DNA from: Eutreptiella sp. 'Long Island Sound 2002'
Taxonomy: Eukaryota; Protista; Euglenida
Direction of reading: 5' to 3'
DNA: 64,000 nucleotides
NCBI GenBank assembly: GCA_964036045.1
Contig: OZ038378.1
Location: 64,418,001-64,482,000, forward strand
The position numbers were made by a program, and so were the translations under genes. How positions within the stretch are numbered: the stretch's first letter is position 1; every line of letters starts with the position of its first letter. Shown in pieces: positions 35,340-48,457 of this stretch. The notes beneath the pieces are model-generated. The model had not been told where the DNA came from. It searched no databases and worked only from the letters and a program-made list of their open reading frames with translations.

Positions 35340-37570
35340 ATTGGGGACCCACCCAAACAGTAGGGTTTATGAAGCCACTGGGCCCATTTGTGGGCCAATT
35401 CTGATTTGCTTCCCGCTCTGACGCGCCGGGGACCCCCCCAGCAGCAGGGGTTATGTAGCCACTAAGCATTGGGGACCCCCATGCAGCAGGGGTTATGTAG
35501 CTACCGTGCCCATTCGCGGGCCATTTCTGATTTGGTCTCCCACTTTGAAGGCGGCTTTGTAGGCGGCAGGGTTTGTTTAGCCAACTGGGCCCATTGGTGG
35601 GTGAATTCTTTTTTTGTCCTCCGCGTTAAAGCATCGTAGATCCCTCAAGCGGCAGGGTTTATGTAACCACTGGGCCCATTTGTCAGCCAATTCTGACCTT
35701 CTTGCTCGCTTTGAAGCATCGGGGAACCCCTACGCGGTAGGGATTATGTAGCCACTAGGCTCTTTTGTAGGCCATTTCCGATTTGGTTGTCCTTTTTGAA
35801 GCATTGGACCCTCCCAAATGGCAGGTTTTTATTTAGCCACTGGGCCCAGTTGTGCGCCAGATCTGATTTGGCGCACGCTTGGAAACATCGGAGAGCCCCC
35901 CGAACAGCAGGGTTTATGTAGCTACTGGGCCCATTTGTGGGCCAATTCTGCTTTTTGGTCCCGCGTTGTGAAGTGTCGGTTACCCCCCAAACGGCAAGGG
36001 TTATGTAGCCACCGGGCGTTTTTGTGGGCCATTTCCAATTTTGTGCCGTGCTTGGAAGTGTTGGGGACACCGCGGGCGGATCATGATATTTAGCCATTGG
36101 CCCCACTTGTTGGCCACCTTTGATTTTGTTGTCCATTCTGAAGCATCACGGAACCCGGCGACGGCAGTGGCTATATAGCCGCTGGGCTATTGGTGAGCCA
36201 AATGTGATTTTATCGCCTGCTCTGAAGTCTCTGAGTTTACTACCTGCTCTAAAGCATTGTGGACCCCGCTAGATGGCGGGGTTTTGTAGCCACGTCCCCT
36301 AGTCGTGAGGAATTTGTGATGTTGTCCCCCTTACCAAAGCATTGGAGGCCCTCCAAGCGGTAGAGGTTATGTGGCGGCCACTAGGCAGGGGGGGGGAAAA
36401 ATGCAAATGCATTTTTTTGCATATCCAGGAGCCACTGGTTTTTTTGCATATTTTGCATTTTTTTGCATATGTTTTGCCTTCAGTTTCCTTTTAATGTCGC
36501 AATCCATGGACAAATTTGTGTCACGTGGTGTTGCAAATGATGCTGCTGCTGATGTTGACGATGCCCCTGAGCTGACTGATGGTGAGGGTGACAGTGAACC
36601 TGATTTGGAAGAACCTGAAGAACCTGAAAAGAAAAAGGTGAAACTGAATCATGGGGCCAAAACCAAATATGCTCATGTTTAATGGAGATATTGAGGGCAG
36701 GTTCAATCCAGTGTGATAGTGACTTGGAAGGACCTTCAGCATCCATTGTTGTGGAAAAGCGGTTGTGGAATTGCTCCGTATGTGCATCGGTTGTGGGGTT
36801 GCATTTTTTTTTGCATTTTTTTGCATTTATTTGCATTTTTGTGCATCGCATTTTTTGTCATCTCAATTTGCATTTTTTCCCCCCCCTGCACTAGGGCAAG
36901 CTATCGGCATTTGCTTATTTTCTCACCCGCCCGGAAACACTGCGGAGCTCTTAGATGGCAGGGGTTCTGTAGCCAATGGGGCTTTTTTTGGGCCAATTCT
37001 GTCGTTGCCCCCCGCTCTCAAGCATTTGGGGTTTCCCAAAAGGCACATGTTACATAGCCACGTGGCCCATTTATGGGCCATCTTTAAATTTGTTGCCTGG
37101 TGTAAAGCATAGGTGACGTTTTTGTTGGGAAGGGGTCTGTAGCCAATGGGATCAGGTTTGGGTGATTTCTGATTTTTTGTTTCATTGTAAAGAATATGTG
37201 TCTTTTGTGGATCAGGCGTTATACAGCCGCTGGGCCCATTTGTGGGCCAATTTTCATTTTTTTGTCCGCTTTGAAGCATTGGTGACCCCTATGCCGCAAG
37301 TTTTAGGTAGCCACGGGGCCCACATGTAGGCGCACTAGGATTTTGTCCCCCACTTGGCATCAACCGGGACCGTTTCGCGCGATGGGTTATGTAGCCACAT
37401 GGCCCATTTGTGGGCCCTTTTTGATTTTATACCCTGTCATGAAGAACGGTCACTTTTTCGGCAGCATAGGTTGCGTAGCTACCCGGCCCGGTTGTCCTCC
37501 GCTCCGAAGCGAGAAGGAACCACCCTGCGGCACGATTATGTAGCTATTTGTGTCCCATTGGGTATATAGA
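35340..37570 (+). repeat. Degenerate ~75-bp tandem satellite, interrupted by a MITE
   Basis: Recurrent GGGTT(T)ATGTAGCCACTGGGCCCATTTGTGGGCCAATT...TGAAGCAT, spaced ~75 nt. Confidence 0.85.
36386..36888. mobile_element. 503-bp internally deleted DNA transposon (hAT/P-like CAGGG termini)
   Basis: 23-bp TIRs CAG(G)nA5-6TGCAAAT. CACTAGG is duplicated at 36379-85 and 36889-95. Subterminal TTTTTGCA repeats; internal acidic ORF fragment MSQSMDKFV...EEPEEPEKKKVK. Confidence 0.82.
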
Positions 37571-40500
37571 CAAAATATGTCTAACTGAATAGTAAGACGG
37601 AATCTAGCATATTGGCAACGCATATTTCCGCTATAAACATAATTTTTTGGTTGCGCATTTTTTTGTTCGCTTGCTTTTTTGTACTTTGCGCTCGGCATTT
37701 CCTAAGTAGGTGTGTTGAAATTCTATTTTGGGAATTTTGGACGTTTTTACTCGTTTCCCATGAAGGGGATCCATATTTTTGTATCGGCCTATTTACTCCA
37801 TCTTAATCATTTCATCTGATTGCAAATTTTTGCGACCCGTCTCCAATTAGAGATTCCATCTTTTGTTGTCATTTGTTAAATAAATTTCGAACTCCGCTGA
37901 ACAGGTTTTTAGTGTTTATTTACTCTTTTTCAATGGTGATTGTTTTTAAATAATTTGTATTTCTGCCCCTATGGGTGAAAAAACTTTTTCAAATTTTCAA
38001 ACTCATTTCAATCAATCTATGATTGCTCGCAAATGGTTTTTATGACTATGTATCATCGGTTTTTGACCCACTATGTCCAAATAGCGTTTAAGGTTCCGAC
38101 ATTCGTTGCTTCCGTTCGCAATTGCGTTTTGTGGATCGCTTTGAAAACGACAAAGAGTGCGCGTGTGTATTTGCTTCTGTAGCATACACTTATTGTGGAT
38201 CCTGTTGAGATTGGAGAATCCAGATTTTTATTATGCTCTTTGCGCTTTTGGCCTTGCTTCTTTTGGTGACGAAATTTCGAGTGTTCGTCAACATCTCGCA
38301 TGAGGGCTTGTTTTTCACCTTTTTTTCTTGGCCGGTCACGGTTTTTACCGTTTGTCGATTGCTTGATTGGCCATCACGGACATTGCCCACGTGCATTCTC
38401 CATCTTTCGCCCGTTGTAGGGGCAGTGCCACACTTGAACTTGGGCAGCACACAGGCATGGAATCTGTGTCGCCACGTAGCCCTTCCCTCCCCACTCCTCA
38501 CCATGCAGCAGTGGTAGCACATTGATAAACCGTGTCTACAACATAGTGTAATCAACATTCCAGCCCTTTGCTGCTTCTTTTGCGCAGCCCCGTCTCCGCT
38601 TTTATATAAGGTAAACGGACCAATAACTCAGCCGATAATGTGGAAATGTAGCAGATGGCCTCACAATCAAAGAATTGGAGGATTCGCAGTTGAAATATGA
38701 AAGTTATGAATTGTAAATCCAAATTTTGAAAAATGCAGCTGCTGCAGAAGAATCAGCGCTGAAATTCCGCACCGTGCGCATCGCGGATTACCGCGTTAGA
38801 GCAATTCCTGAGCAACGCTTCATTGAAAAAAAGTTCCTGTGAATAGTGCACAAAATTAGAAATCTTTTTGAAAGAATCGTTATTTGAAAATTTGGCTGCC
38901 AATTTATGTTTAAAATGCATGGCGCAAAAAGAGGGTGCAAATCATGGTTGACGGAGTTTTTGAGCACTGCGCCAAAGGGCAAGCCGAGTATCCCCAAGGC
39001 AACCGCAACCCCAGACCCTTCTCCTGCGCATTAGCTGTCTCTGCTGTGCCAAATAATTGCGTCGTTGTTGAAGCAAGGCGTCGCCGAGAGCGTGTCTCAA
39101 CAGAAGACTTAGCGTGCAGCCACAAGAAACCATGGTGTAAACAGACTAACCCTCGGAGAGGCATGCAAGCGTGCTCCGTATGTTGCCACAAACGCGCGTC
39201 GGTTGAAACTCGTTAGGTGTCACTCGCAATACTACGAAAGCTTCATGACCGCAAAGGGAGAAGCTTCAGCAACGCGACAAGTCCAAGGAACTCCCTTGTG
39301 GTTCGTCTTATTGTTGTTCTAGGGCCGTTGAACCCATCGTCATCAAAAGAGGAGTTAAGCCAAGGATCAATGAAGCGGAACGGATGGGTTGGATCGACGA
39401 ACAATGCGAGCAGGCAATCAGTCGAATTGTACCAACATAACAACAATGGTATGCGAGTGAGCAGCAGCAAAAACAGTAACACAAGCTCTGTTGTGGAGAG
39501 GGAAAACAGTGCTTGGATGCCTTTTTTTAAAAGATGCATGCCCTGTGTTAAGTAAAGATACTAAGGGTGACAGCCAAAAAAAGAGCGAAAAAGAAGCCTC
39601 CGGCAATGACAGCAACGCTCAAGACATCAAGCAAAAACAGAAAGAGACCAAAGGACGCCCGTCTCATGCGCCACCTTCATGGAGTAGGTGAGAGAAGTGT
39701 TTGTAGCAGAGAGGCACCCGAAACAAAAGTAGTATGGCCGTGTGATGCTGCGGTGCGGTGCTTAGGGAGAGATATCCATCAGGCCACCAAGAATGATCCA
39801 TGGAACCTCCGCTTGGGTGGGTTTGTGACTTCCGAGACCTTCATTGAAGCTGCCCATCAAGCAAAGGAACCTAAACCAAAACCAAAGGCCGCATCCAAAA
39901 GGAAAGTTGGACACCGGATCACCTGAAATTCCAGCACAAAGGCAGCCACAAAAGCAGCACCAAAACCAGATGCGAAAATAAGAAGGTGGCAGCCCAATGC
40001 CTGCCCCCCTCCCCCCCCTTCAAGACCCACAAGATCCCTTTGGGCTAGCAACTTGGGACCGCAGGGAGGGCGCGAATGACTTTGATTTGTATGTGACATT
40101 TGACAGTGCTTTTTGATATTGTTTTCTTCAACGCATCAACAGGGGTCCCGAGATGACTCAACAACAAAAGAAGTCAGTGGAATTCTATGTGCCATACTTG
40201 TGGGATGGAGTGTTGTGCATGTGTGACCTTGTCATGGAAATAAACAAAGAAAACAAAGATTTTCCTTTTTCAAAATGACGGTTGTTGAGACCATTTTGGG
40301 TAGTATATAAGGTAGAAAATGTGTTTTGCGCACCAAGAACAAGTTAAATAAGGGTTGTAAAACAGTACAACAATGACAGAAAGCACTGCATAGGCCAGGC
40401 TGCACGCTTTTCAAGATTTTTACAAAATATTTCAAAAAAATTTCCTTTTTCAAAATTCTTCAAAGCGGGTAGTTGCACCCTTATCAAGGCACAGCCAGGC

Positions 40501-41849
40501 CCCTCAAGGGTAAGCTCAACCTTACGCAGTCATAGGAAAGAAATCTAATCAATAGTTCATGGTCCTAAGATAAAAGGGTACTCATTAAACTAATTTTTTT
40601 GTCAAATTGTTCCGTTTACATGTCGTGGCATACAAATTGGTCAGTTGTATAGTTATCGGTTAGTTTACCTGACAATCGCGTTGTTGAGCGCAATCTCAGG
40701 GAACGGTCAACCACAACGGGCCAAAATATCTGCTAAGCAGCCTCAATGATGGGCCGTACCGAAGATGGACTATATGTACCCGCCAAAACAAGACAAGAGA
40801 GCCGATTACGGTCCAAAGGCTTAGGGGCTGGCTCTTATCTCCCGAAAACCGCAACCCATGGTCTTCGTAGAGCACACTAGATCTGCTGAATTAGTTGCCG
40901 AGTCTCAGACCGCTTGAAGTGTTTGACCCGTCACTTGGGAACACCAACAAGTAATATCCACACACCATAAGATTTCTTGAAAAACTTAGCGGACATCATC
41001 ATATTCGTTGAAATAATCGTTGCGCAACTTGTTTGCCCATTTTTGCCGGAGTGCAATATGTTGCAGAGCAATAGTTTGTACGAGCTGCAATAGAACAGGA
41101 GCTTCACATTTTTGCACATGGCCATATCATATATGCAATGTTCTCACTATTGTGTTTTTGAGGGGTGATGTTTCCTTGGACTAACTCGCCTGGAACCAAA
41201 GAGCAATTCTGGAACAATAGAATAATGTGACACGTTCCGAATTTTTGCAATAGGAATGGAGTCGGGGCTGATTGCAACGCAGAGATGTAGATGGAACACT
41301 TTGGACTCCGCGTTCTAGATCTCTTGTATGCATCACAAACATGCCACTATTCAGGGATTGCATCCATTGACCGAGACTATAACAGAAGGCATCGAGCACT
41401 TAGAAAGTTTGAAGAGGCTTTCACTGTTGATGCTCTTGATGATATTGTTTTGTTTTGTGATCGTGCTTGCTCCTGCTGTTTGTTGATGTAGCTCAGGTTT
41501 TCCAAGTGTCAATGTTTTGATAAAATGAAATGATAAGCCAAAGCTCCCAAATACCCAAAGTGCAATAAGAGGAAATTTAGCATCAAATCCACAACATGAA
41601 GGGCTGCAGTCAATGGAGAAAGATAGACAATAAATCTACACAAAACAAGTCACAATAACTACAGATTTAGAAAAGATAGTTAGAAAATATCCTACAATCA
41701 TGGGAAAACTGCCCACATGGACACTCCCTCTTTTATTATGCCATCTTGAGATGTGCACTCTTTTTTTTGGGTCCCATAGGTGCTGACGTGGCATGGCCTG
41801 TGGCGCTGAGGTCACTGCCATGTCACATGGGAGCTTCCTACTTAGCTAG

Positions 41850-41930
41850 GCTGACTAGGTATTGAACCCAGGAACTCTCAAAAAGAGGTGCCCCAGCCCG
41901 CTAGGGTGCAGACCACTAGGATAGCTCAGC
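41850..41930 (-). pseudogene. Degenerate type II tRNA (Leu-like) relic or tRNA-derived SINE head
   Basis: Minus strand reads GCTGAGC-TA-TCCTAGTGGTCT (A-box-like), a variable-arm hairpin TCTTTTTGAGA, T-arm CTGGG-TTCAATA-CCTAG, and 3' TCAGC. The anticodon arm is non-canonical. Confidence 0.45.
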
Positions 41931-44789
41931 ATTCATGAGAAAATATAGAAAAATGTAAAGTCTCTGAACCGATGTCAGCGCCTCAGTTAGTCCAGGAAAT
42001 GGTGTTTATGTCGAATCAGTTTGGGTGTCAGGGGTCCACACAACAACCAAAGTTTAGTGCTTTGTTTTACAGTTCTTAATGTTTTGTCACCCCTCTTTGG
42101 TTAGGTCAATACTGAGATAAAAATGTGCTATGCCTCGAGGCCTCCCGAAAACGACTAAAGCTTACCTTTGGGCATGGGAATACACTATTTTTTACCCCCC
42201 CGTCGTGCTGTGTTGGCCACCACTGTCGCATTTTAAGGAAAAAAGAGTATTTTTCTTGAGGTCCCTATAGTTTCAGCATCTTGTTAAAATTACGTATCAC
42301 TTCTCTAACCCTGTAAAGAGGGCACTGCGCCAGGGCAGTCGCCAGTTTTTGCCTTGTTGTAACAAACTGCTACAGCCCCCACTGTGATAAGTGGCATCGC
42401 GGGGGCGGCTGTGGCTTGGTAGGGGGTTAGAATGGGCATGCAAAGTCACATAATCATGCATCACTCCCTCTAGGTGGCGAAACGCAAAAGCCAATACAGG
42501 ATAGGGTCAGGGCACGCTGTCTGGGTCTCTCTGGTACCTGCAGGCTGTACCTGTCCTGTCCTTACGGCGAGGGGGTGGCGTGAAAAATTGTTTGCCCCCT
42601 AATGGGGTCTTTGGGTTCTGGACAGTTCGCCTTGAGGTAGTGGTCCGGCCAGAACACGGCCTACTTCGCTTGGCCACTGACGAACATCTGAATAGAAGAG
42701 ATGCAAGGGATGAGTGCCTGATTGCTGATCAACGATCAACGATACACCAAAATCCGTCAAATGACGGCCTAGAATTTTTCTGAGGGTACACACTTGTCCA
42801 GATTCCTCATGTGCAATAAATGCACATTTTTACGCCTTTTTTGTTCATCTCAGGAATTTTACAATTCCTGGATTCATGCGCAGAGAAAAGCGGCGCGCAG
42901 GGGCGCGTCTTAAATCACGGTCGGAATAGCCCAAAAAAAAAGGTTATAACAGTATGTCACGTAATAATCAAGAAATGACGAAACACACACAAAATAATGC
43001 AGGTAGAAATTCCAACCATGCTTGTAGGAATGTTCCAGAAGCAAAAAATCACGAATTCAAAAATTTAATAAGAGCTCAAAGAAAAAGGTATAAACATACA
43101 GGTTGTTATTGCTTCGCATGTTGGATACACATAGCTTGCCTCGTGCTTCCGTCCCCAAGCCGTGCAGCAGCGAAAACACAGTGTAGGGGGATTGATTAGC
43201 AGATTGCAAAGTGATTAGAAGTGAGATTAGGGCAAAACAGATGGCCTTCGGCCAGGGAGTGGTTGTCACGGGGGGCTACCGGTCCTGCCCCGCGGTGCAA
43301 TGCGGGGCAAGTGTGACAACTGCTCTTACAAACCAACCTCCCTTATTCTGTTGCACTGGTTACAACATACACACGAGTGCATACTCGCCCTGCTTCGCCT
43401 GTAATTCGTTTTATCCTCTCACTTGCTCTGGTTGTGCAGCGGTAGGTAAGGTGAGTGAGCCCAGGAGGGGCCACCCCCTGGTTGAGTCAGTGATTGTGAC
43501 CACAGCTGGGTATGGATTGAGTGGGATTAGATTGCTAAAAATAGGAAGTTTTCAAACTCATGCATACTTGTTCATGCATATGACGCATCAAAGGGTAGGC
43601 CACGGGAAGTGCGCTTGGTATGACCCTTGTTTAGGTTACCCTGAGGCTCCGCCCTACATTCTATAAGAGAACGGGCGGAGTTCCTTAAGTTTGGTTGCTT
43701 GATAGGGCAGCTTTCAGACAGCGTCTTATTTTCCTGTCGGAGACCCGTACAAGACGGCGAGGCAGGTTAGGTTCCTTCGCTGAAAGCTGTCCTGCATTTG
43801 CTTCTGTTCTCAGGTGGGCAAGGTGCAGGGTGATTGGTGCAGCAGCAATTTTTTTTCGCCCAGCCAAACAGGGCGCAGATCACACCAGACCAACTTGCCT
43901 CCGCCGGGCCCTGTACGGCGAGAAGGGAACGTCCTCTTCAAGAACGACCTGTACACACGCTGTGCACGCAAACAGAGCACTCGTTCCCTCCAAGCCGTAG
44001 CAGGGAAACGTGTTGTGACGCCCCTGTTAGGCCACAGCAGCTTAGTAGTGCTGTGCTTTCTTGCTTTCTCACAGTTGGGCCACTGGGGCCTGTGTGCTCT
44101 TCATGAACACCACCAAATAGCGTGTGAGGGTAGGTGTGGTAGGCCTGGGTGAGGGCTAGAGCACGGCTGTGTTCGCTCACCCTTCGAAGGCTGGTGCCAC
44201 TGTAGTGCGTGTAAGACCTGTATTGAGTGTGTCCCTGTCCTGCCTGGTTCCTGAAATTTTATCATGGTTTTTGGTGGGCAGTGGCAGTGGTAGTCCTGGT
44301 TTTGGCCGCCTAGCAAACAGGCGTTTTCATGCATTGCAGCTTTTTGGCCGGCCCTCCCATGTAGTACGCAGGTAGGTAGACAAAATCAATACCTTGGCGT
44401 TAGCGCTGGGTATTCCTCCAAGAATGTTTGGTGGCATCACAGAAATCGGGCACGTAGGCGCGAAGAGACGTGGGGCGTACCCCATCGCACCGTGTAACAC
44501 ATATGATTTTACGATGTTGCCAGATCCCAAAATTCAGTTGCCGCAGTATCGCAGAAACCGAGGCGGTCGCGATTTTGGCGCCGCCGCAATCATTTTTGAC
44601 TTATTTTGCGAGATTTGTGCCAATTCCGTGTGCAGTAAAGCCGATTTAAGCAGCGCAATCTGTCAATCGCAATCATATCCTGCTCTTGTAACCAAATGAC
44701 GGTCATCCCATCACTCTTTAGGGAGATATTTTCAAAATACCGCCTTTTTGGGCCTTTTTTGCACTTTTTCACGAAGAAAGTGGCAGAAG

Positions 44790-45690
44790 TGGATTTCGAG
44801 GAGGTCTGCTGAGATTTCAAGTTGGTCAAGGTTCTCCCTAAGGTTAGTGTGGCCTTGGGAAACCACCATATGTGACCATAAATGGTGGTGCATCAAGATA
44901 ATTGAGTTGCGGGTGTCAAAATTGCCCCAAAACAGCCATATTCGCCCGATTTAACTGGTAATTCTCGCATAAGTAGATGTAGGGGAGGTATCATGAGATT
45001 TCAAATGGCTCACGCTTGTTGCTAAGGTTAGTTTGGCCTTGGCAAAATACCATATGTGACCCTAGATCCTCTTGCATCAACACATATCAACGGCGGGTGT
45101 CAAAATTGCCTCAAAACAGCCATATTTGCCCTTGTTGACGTCTAATTCTAGTATAAGTAGATTTAGGGGAAGTGTCATGAGATGTCAAAGTGCTCAACCT
45201 TGTTCCGAAGGTTAGTTGGGCCATGGCAAACCACCATTTGTGACCCTCAATGCTCTTGGCTCAAGACAAATGAATGGCAGGAGGAAAAACTGCGTCAAAA
45301 CAGCCATATTTGCAGTATGTAATGTGTAATTCTCGTATAAGTAGATTTAGGGGAGGTATCATGAGATTTCAAAGCCCAACCTCGTTCCTAAGGTCGATTT
45401 GGCCTTGGCAAACCACCATATGTGACCCTAAATGCTCTTGGCTCATGATCAACGAACGGTGGGTGCCAAAATTGCCTCCCAACAGCCATATTTGCCCTTT
45501 TTAACGCGTAATTCTAGTATAGGTAGATTTAGAGGAGATGTCATGAGATTTCAAGTTGTTCAACCTCATCCCTAAGGTTGGTTCGGGCCTGGTAAACCAG
45601 AAATTATGACCCCAAAAGCTCTTTGCTCAAGACAAATGATCGGAGGGTGCTAACATTGCCTCAAACCAGCCACATTTCCAACCCATAATA
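44790..45690 (+). repeat. Tandem array, five ~184-bp units
   Basis: Marker GAGATTTCAA/GAGATGTCAA at 44811, 44995, 45179, 45363 and 45545. Confidence 0.9.
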
Positions 45691-45841
45691 ATTGACATAA
45701 TTGAGGCAGTTTGAAAACATTGCCTGCCTTTGTGTTTGCGCTGCCATTGCTTCATTGCCCACATCGCACTCATGTCATGTTGATATCTCATGCGGTTTCA
45801 AATTGGGTTGTTGCCCATGTCATGTGTCTCGTTATGCGAAG

Positions 45842-47265
45842 ATGAAATATCACACACACAGCACACGACACACACCACACCCACTCAGTGGAATAGGCCG
45901 GCCTCCTCTTCCATGGCACAAGCTATCGGAGAAATCAAAGAAGAACTTGCAAAGCAAAAACCGTGCATTGCAGCGCGCGTTGGATGGCAACCCAAAGAGC
46001 CGGCTTAGGCAATGTCCTAGGAAACCATTGATGGCACGGCTAAGGGCACCTCGGGATCCTGACCCTGAGAGTATTATTGGGAACCTCGTTTCAATGGTGC
46101 GGACAAAGGTCACATTGGCAACGTTCCTAGACATTTGTCGTGAAAAAAAGGTTGGTGCCTACCGTAGTAGAGTGACGGACTTGAAGGCGGCATTGCTTAG
46201 GAATGTTGGGGGTGTTCGTGGGTCAAGACGGATGGCCTCCTTGATGTACGGCGTGCTGTAACCTTGTTTCTGCGATTGGCCAACCGCGACAATTTGCACT
46301 TGCCGGGTGATTACCCCCGTTATCTTGGGGTTTTCATTGATGGTGCAAACGTGGATGCGTATGTCCCCCATGGTTGTGTTAGTATCTGCTTGACACTACC
46401 CACAACCCGACGACCACATCAGCTAGATTCCAATCTTCGTGTCGCTCAATACATTGGCAAGGAGGACCCCAATCAGCTACGGATGCGTATTGATCGTCTT
46501 GGACTAATTGAGGTTCTCAAAGATGCACGAGATGGGCACCTAGATGGCCATCGCTATCGCTTGGTCCACTACCCGGACTGCGGTTGCCTGGGATCCGTGC
46601 TTGCAACTGAAGCACCAGGACACCAAAATGCATGTATTGCGTGTCTGGTATCCCGAGATGATTGGAAGCAATATGGCTTCGATACACAAGCGGAGCGATC
46701 CTTAGGGTACTATGACACCCCGCTACGATCTTTCTTGGATCTCTTCGAAAGCCCACTAGACGTCGGGTATGATGTCTCTCATTGTGTGAAAGACGTGGTA
46801 GTCAACATGGGTCGTCATGGAATGGATCTCTGACTTCAAGACCACAATCCCGCACTAGTGCCGGTGTTGAGGTCAATCTTCAAGGCACATACAAAGGAAA
46901 ATAAGTATGTGCCGCCATTTGATCGAGGTCCGGGGCAAAACCCAGATCGTTGGAGGCCACGATGTTACGTGATACGTCACTTCTTGCGTGACAAGCTGTT
47001 TTGGAGGAAGGTCTGTGATCTACTACCCAAACGTACCGATGGCGTGCGGGTTGTGTTTCCGGACCACATGCCAATGGCTGCTGTTGCAGAGCCTCTGCAG
47101 TACTATTTACGAGAGTTACGCCGTCTCTGCCAGCAACTGATATCCTTCTCACCGAAGGCTGTACACCGCCGTGACCGGGATTGTCGGCGCCTACACATGC
47201 TCTTCTCGGCATTGCACATGCCCATTGAGCGCCTTACAGTGCAATCCCATTACTTCCTATACCAG
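45842..47265 (+). pseudogene. Transib/RAG1-like DDE transposase pseudogene, C-terminally truncated
   Basis: GRPPLPWHKLSEKSKK (GRP..LS.RSK DNA-binding start), FIDGANV (D1), AQYIGKED, HYPDCGCL (D2), CIAC, DVSHC, TVQSHY. Order and spacing resemble RAG1 CDG / DE / GYDEK / CTLC / DALHC / NYFH. Frameshift at ~46210, TGA at 46831; final Glu absent. Confidence 0.62.
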
Positions 47266-47593
47266 CTACGGCACCGGCACCAGCACCAGCACCGGCATGG
47301 GAATGGGTCCAGGAATGGGTCCTGGAATGGGGAACATGGGCAACATGGGCAACATGGGGATGGGTAATGGCATGGCCATGGGCATGGGCGTGGTGATGGG
47401 CATGGCCGGCTCTGCTGGTGGTCACATGGGCAACATGGGTCTGGGTATGGGGCCGGGACAGAGTATGGCGCCGGGGCAGGGCATGCCGCCGGGGCAGGGT
47501 ATGGGCATGGGTATGGGCATGGTGCCGGGCATGGGCCCCGGCATGGGAATGGGTCCAGGAAAGGGTCCTGGAATGGGGAACAGATGGTGCTAA
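47263..47593 (+). other. Gly/Met/Pro-rich low-complexity coding-like segment
   Basis: Reads MGMGPGMGPGMGNMGN... to TAA at 47591-93; 43-bp internal duplication (~47294 and ~47541). Confidence 0.6.
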
Positions 47594-48457
47594 CATGATG
47601 GGAATATTTCATGGGTGTGAGGATATTAGATAGCTGTCTACACAAGCAGTGTGTCCTGTCCTGGTTGCTAAGTGGGGCCCTGTTTTCAAACGCAGAGTGA
47701 TCCGGCCACATTTTTTCTGCTCGTTTCTTTTGCAGTGCATTGTGGTTCCCAGCTGCAGCATCCCAACACATCTGTTCCTGCATTGTATGCTCATTTTCTG
47801 CAGCTTTGGCAGTCTGTCCAGTCAGTCCCAAATTTCAGTTTCCCTGACGAGTGGTTTTGCCTGGCAGAATATATGTAGTGCATCGTGCCACCCACCTGCC
47901 CGTGCATTGCTGCAATGTTTCACAGCCAAAGCGATCATTCCTGTTTTTTCTGCTCATTTCTTTGGCAGTGCACATCCGTTCCTGCATTGTACCTGCATTG
48001 TATTCCAGAAGCATTCCTTGCTCAGACCTTGTTCAGAAGCATTGCTCAGTCCAGACAGTGCAGACGGACAAGTGGATTGCCTGGGAGAGGTTGTTCTCAG
48101 GCACTACTCAGAGGATGCACAATTTGCCCTTTGCGCATTCCAAATTTCTTCAGATGCTTGGTCAACATGGGCGGACCAGGGTGCCCCGTCAGTCTCAAAT
48201 TTAAGATTCATTGCTCAGACTTTGTTCGCAAGCATTTTTCAGTGCACAAAGACGAGTGATTTAACCTGGGGGAGGTCTTCTCAGGCACTGCTAAGTGAGT
48301 GCACAATTTGGCCCAGAATTTCATGCTCAAGTGGTTGCTCTTTCCAAATGTTCTCAAATGATCAGTCAAAATGTGCGGACCAGAGTGCAGGCAGGGATGG
48401 ATGCACTTTCTGTATTTCTCAAGGTGGTCCCCTTCTCCACAAGCAAGACATCTGCTT

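Noticed and set aside
43846-43858. AATTTTTTTTCG resembling the 3' end of a euglenid spliced leader
   Set aside because: The upstream leader sequence does not match; a T-run plus CG is expected by chance.
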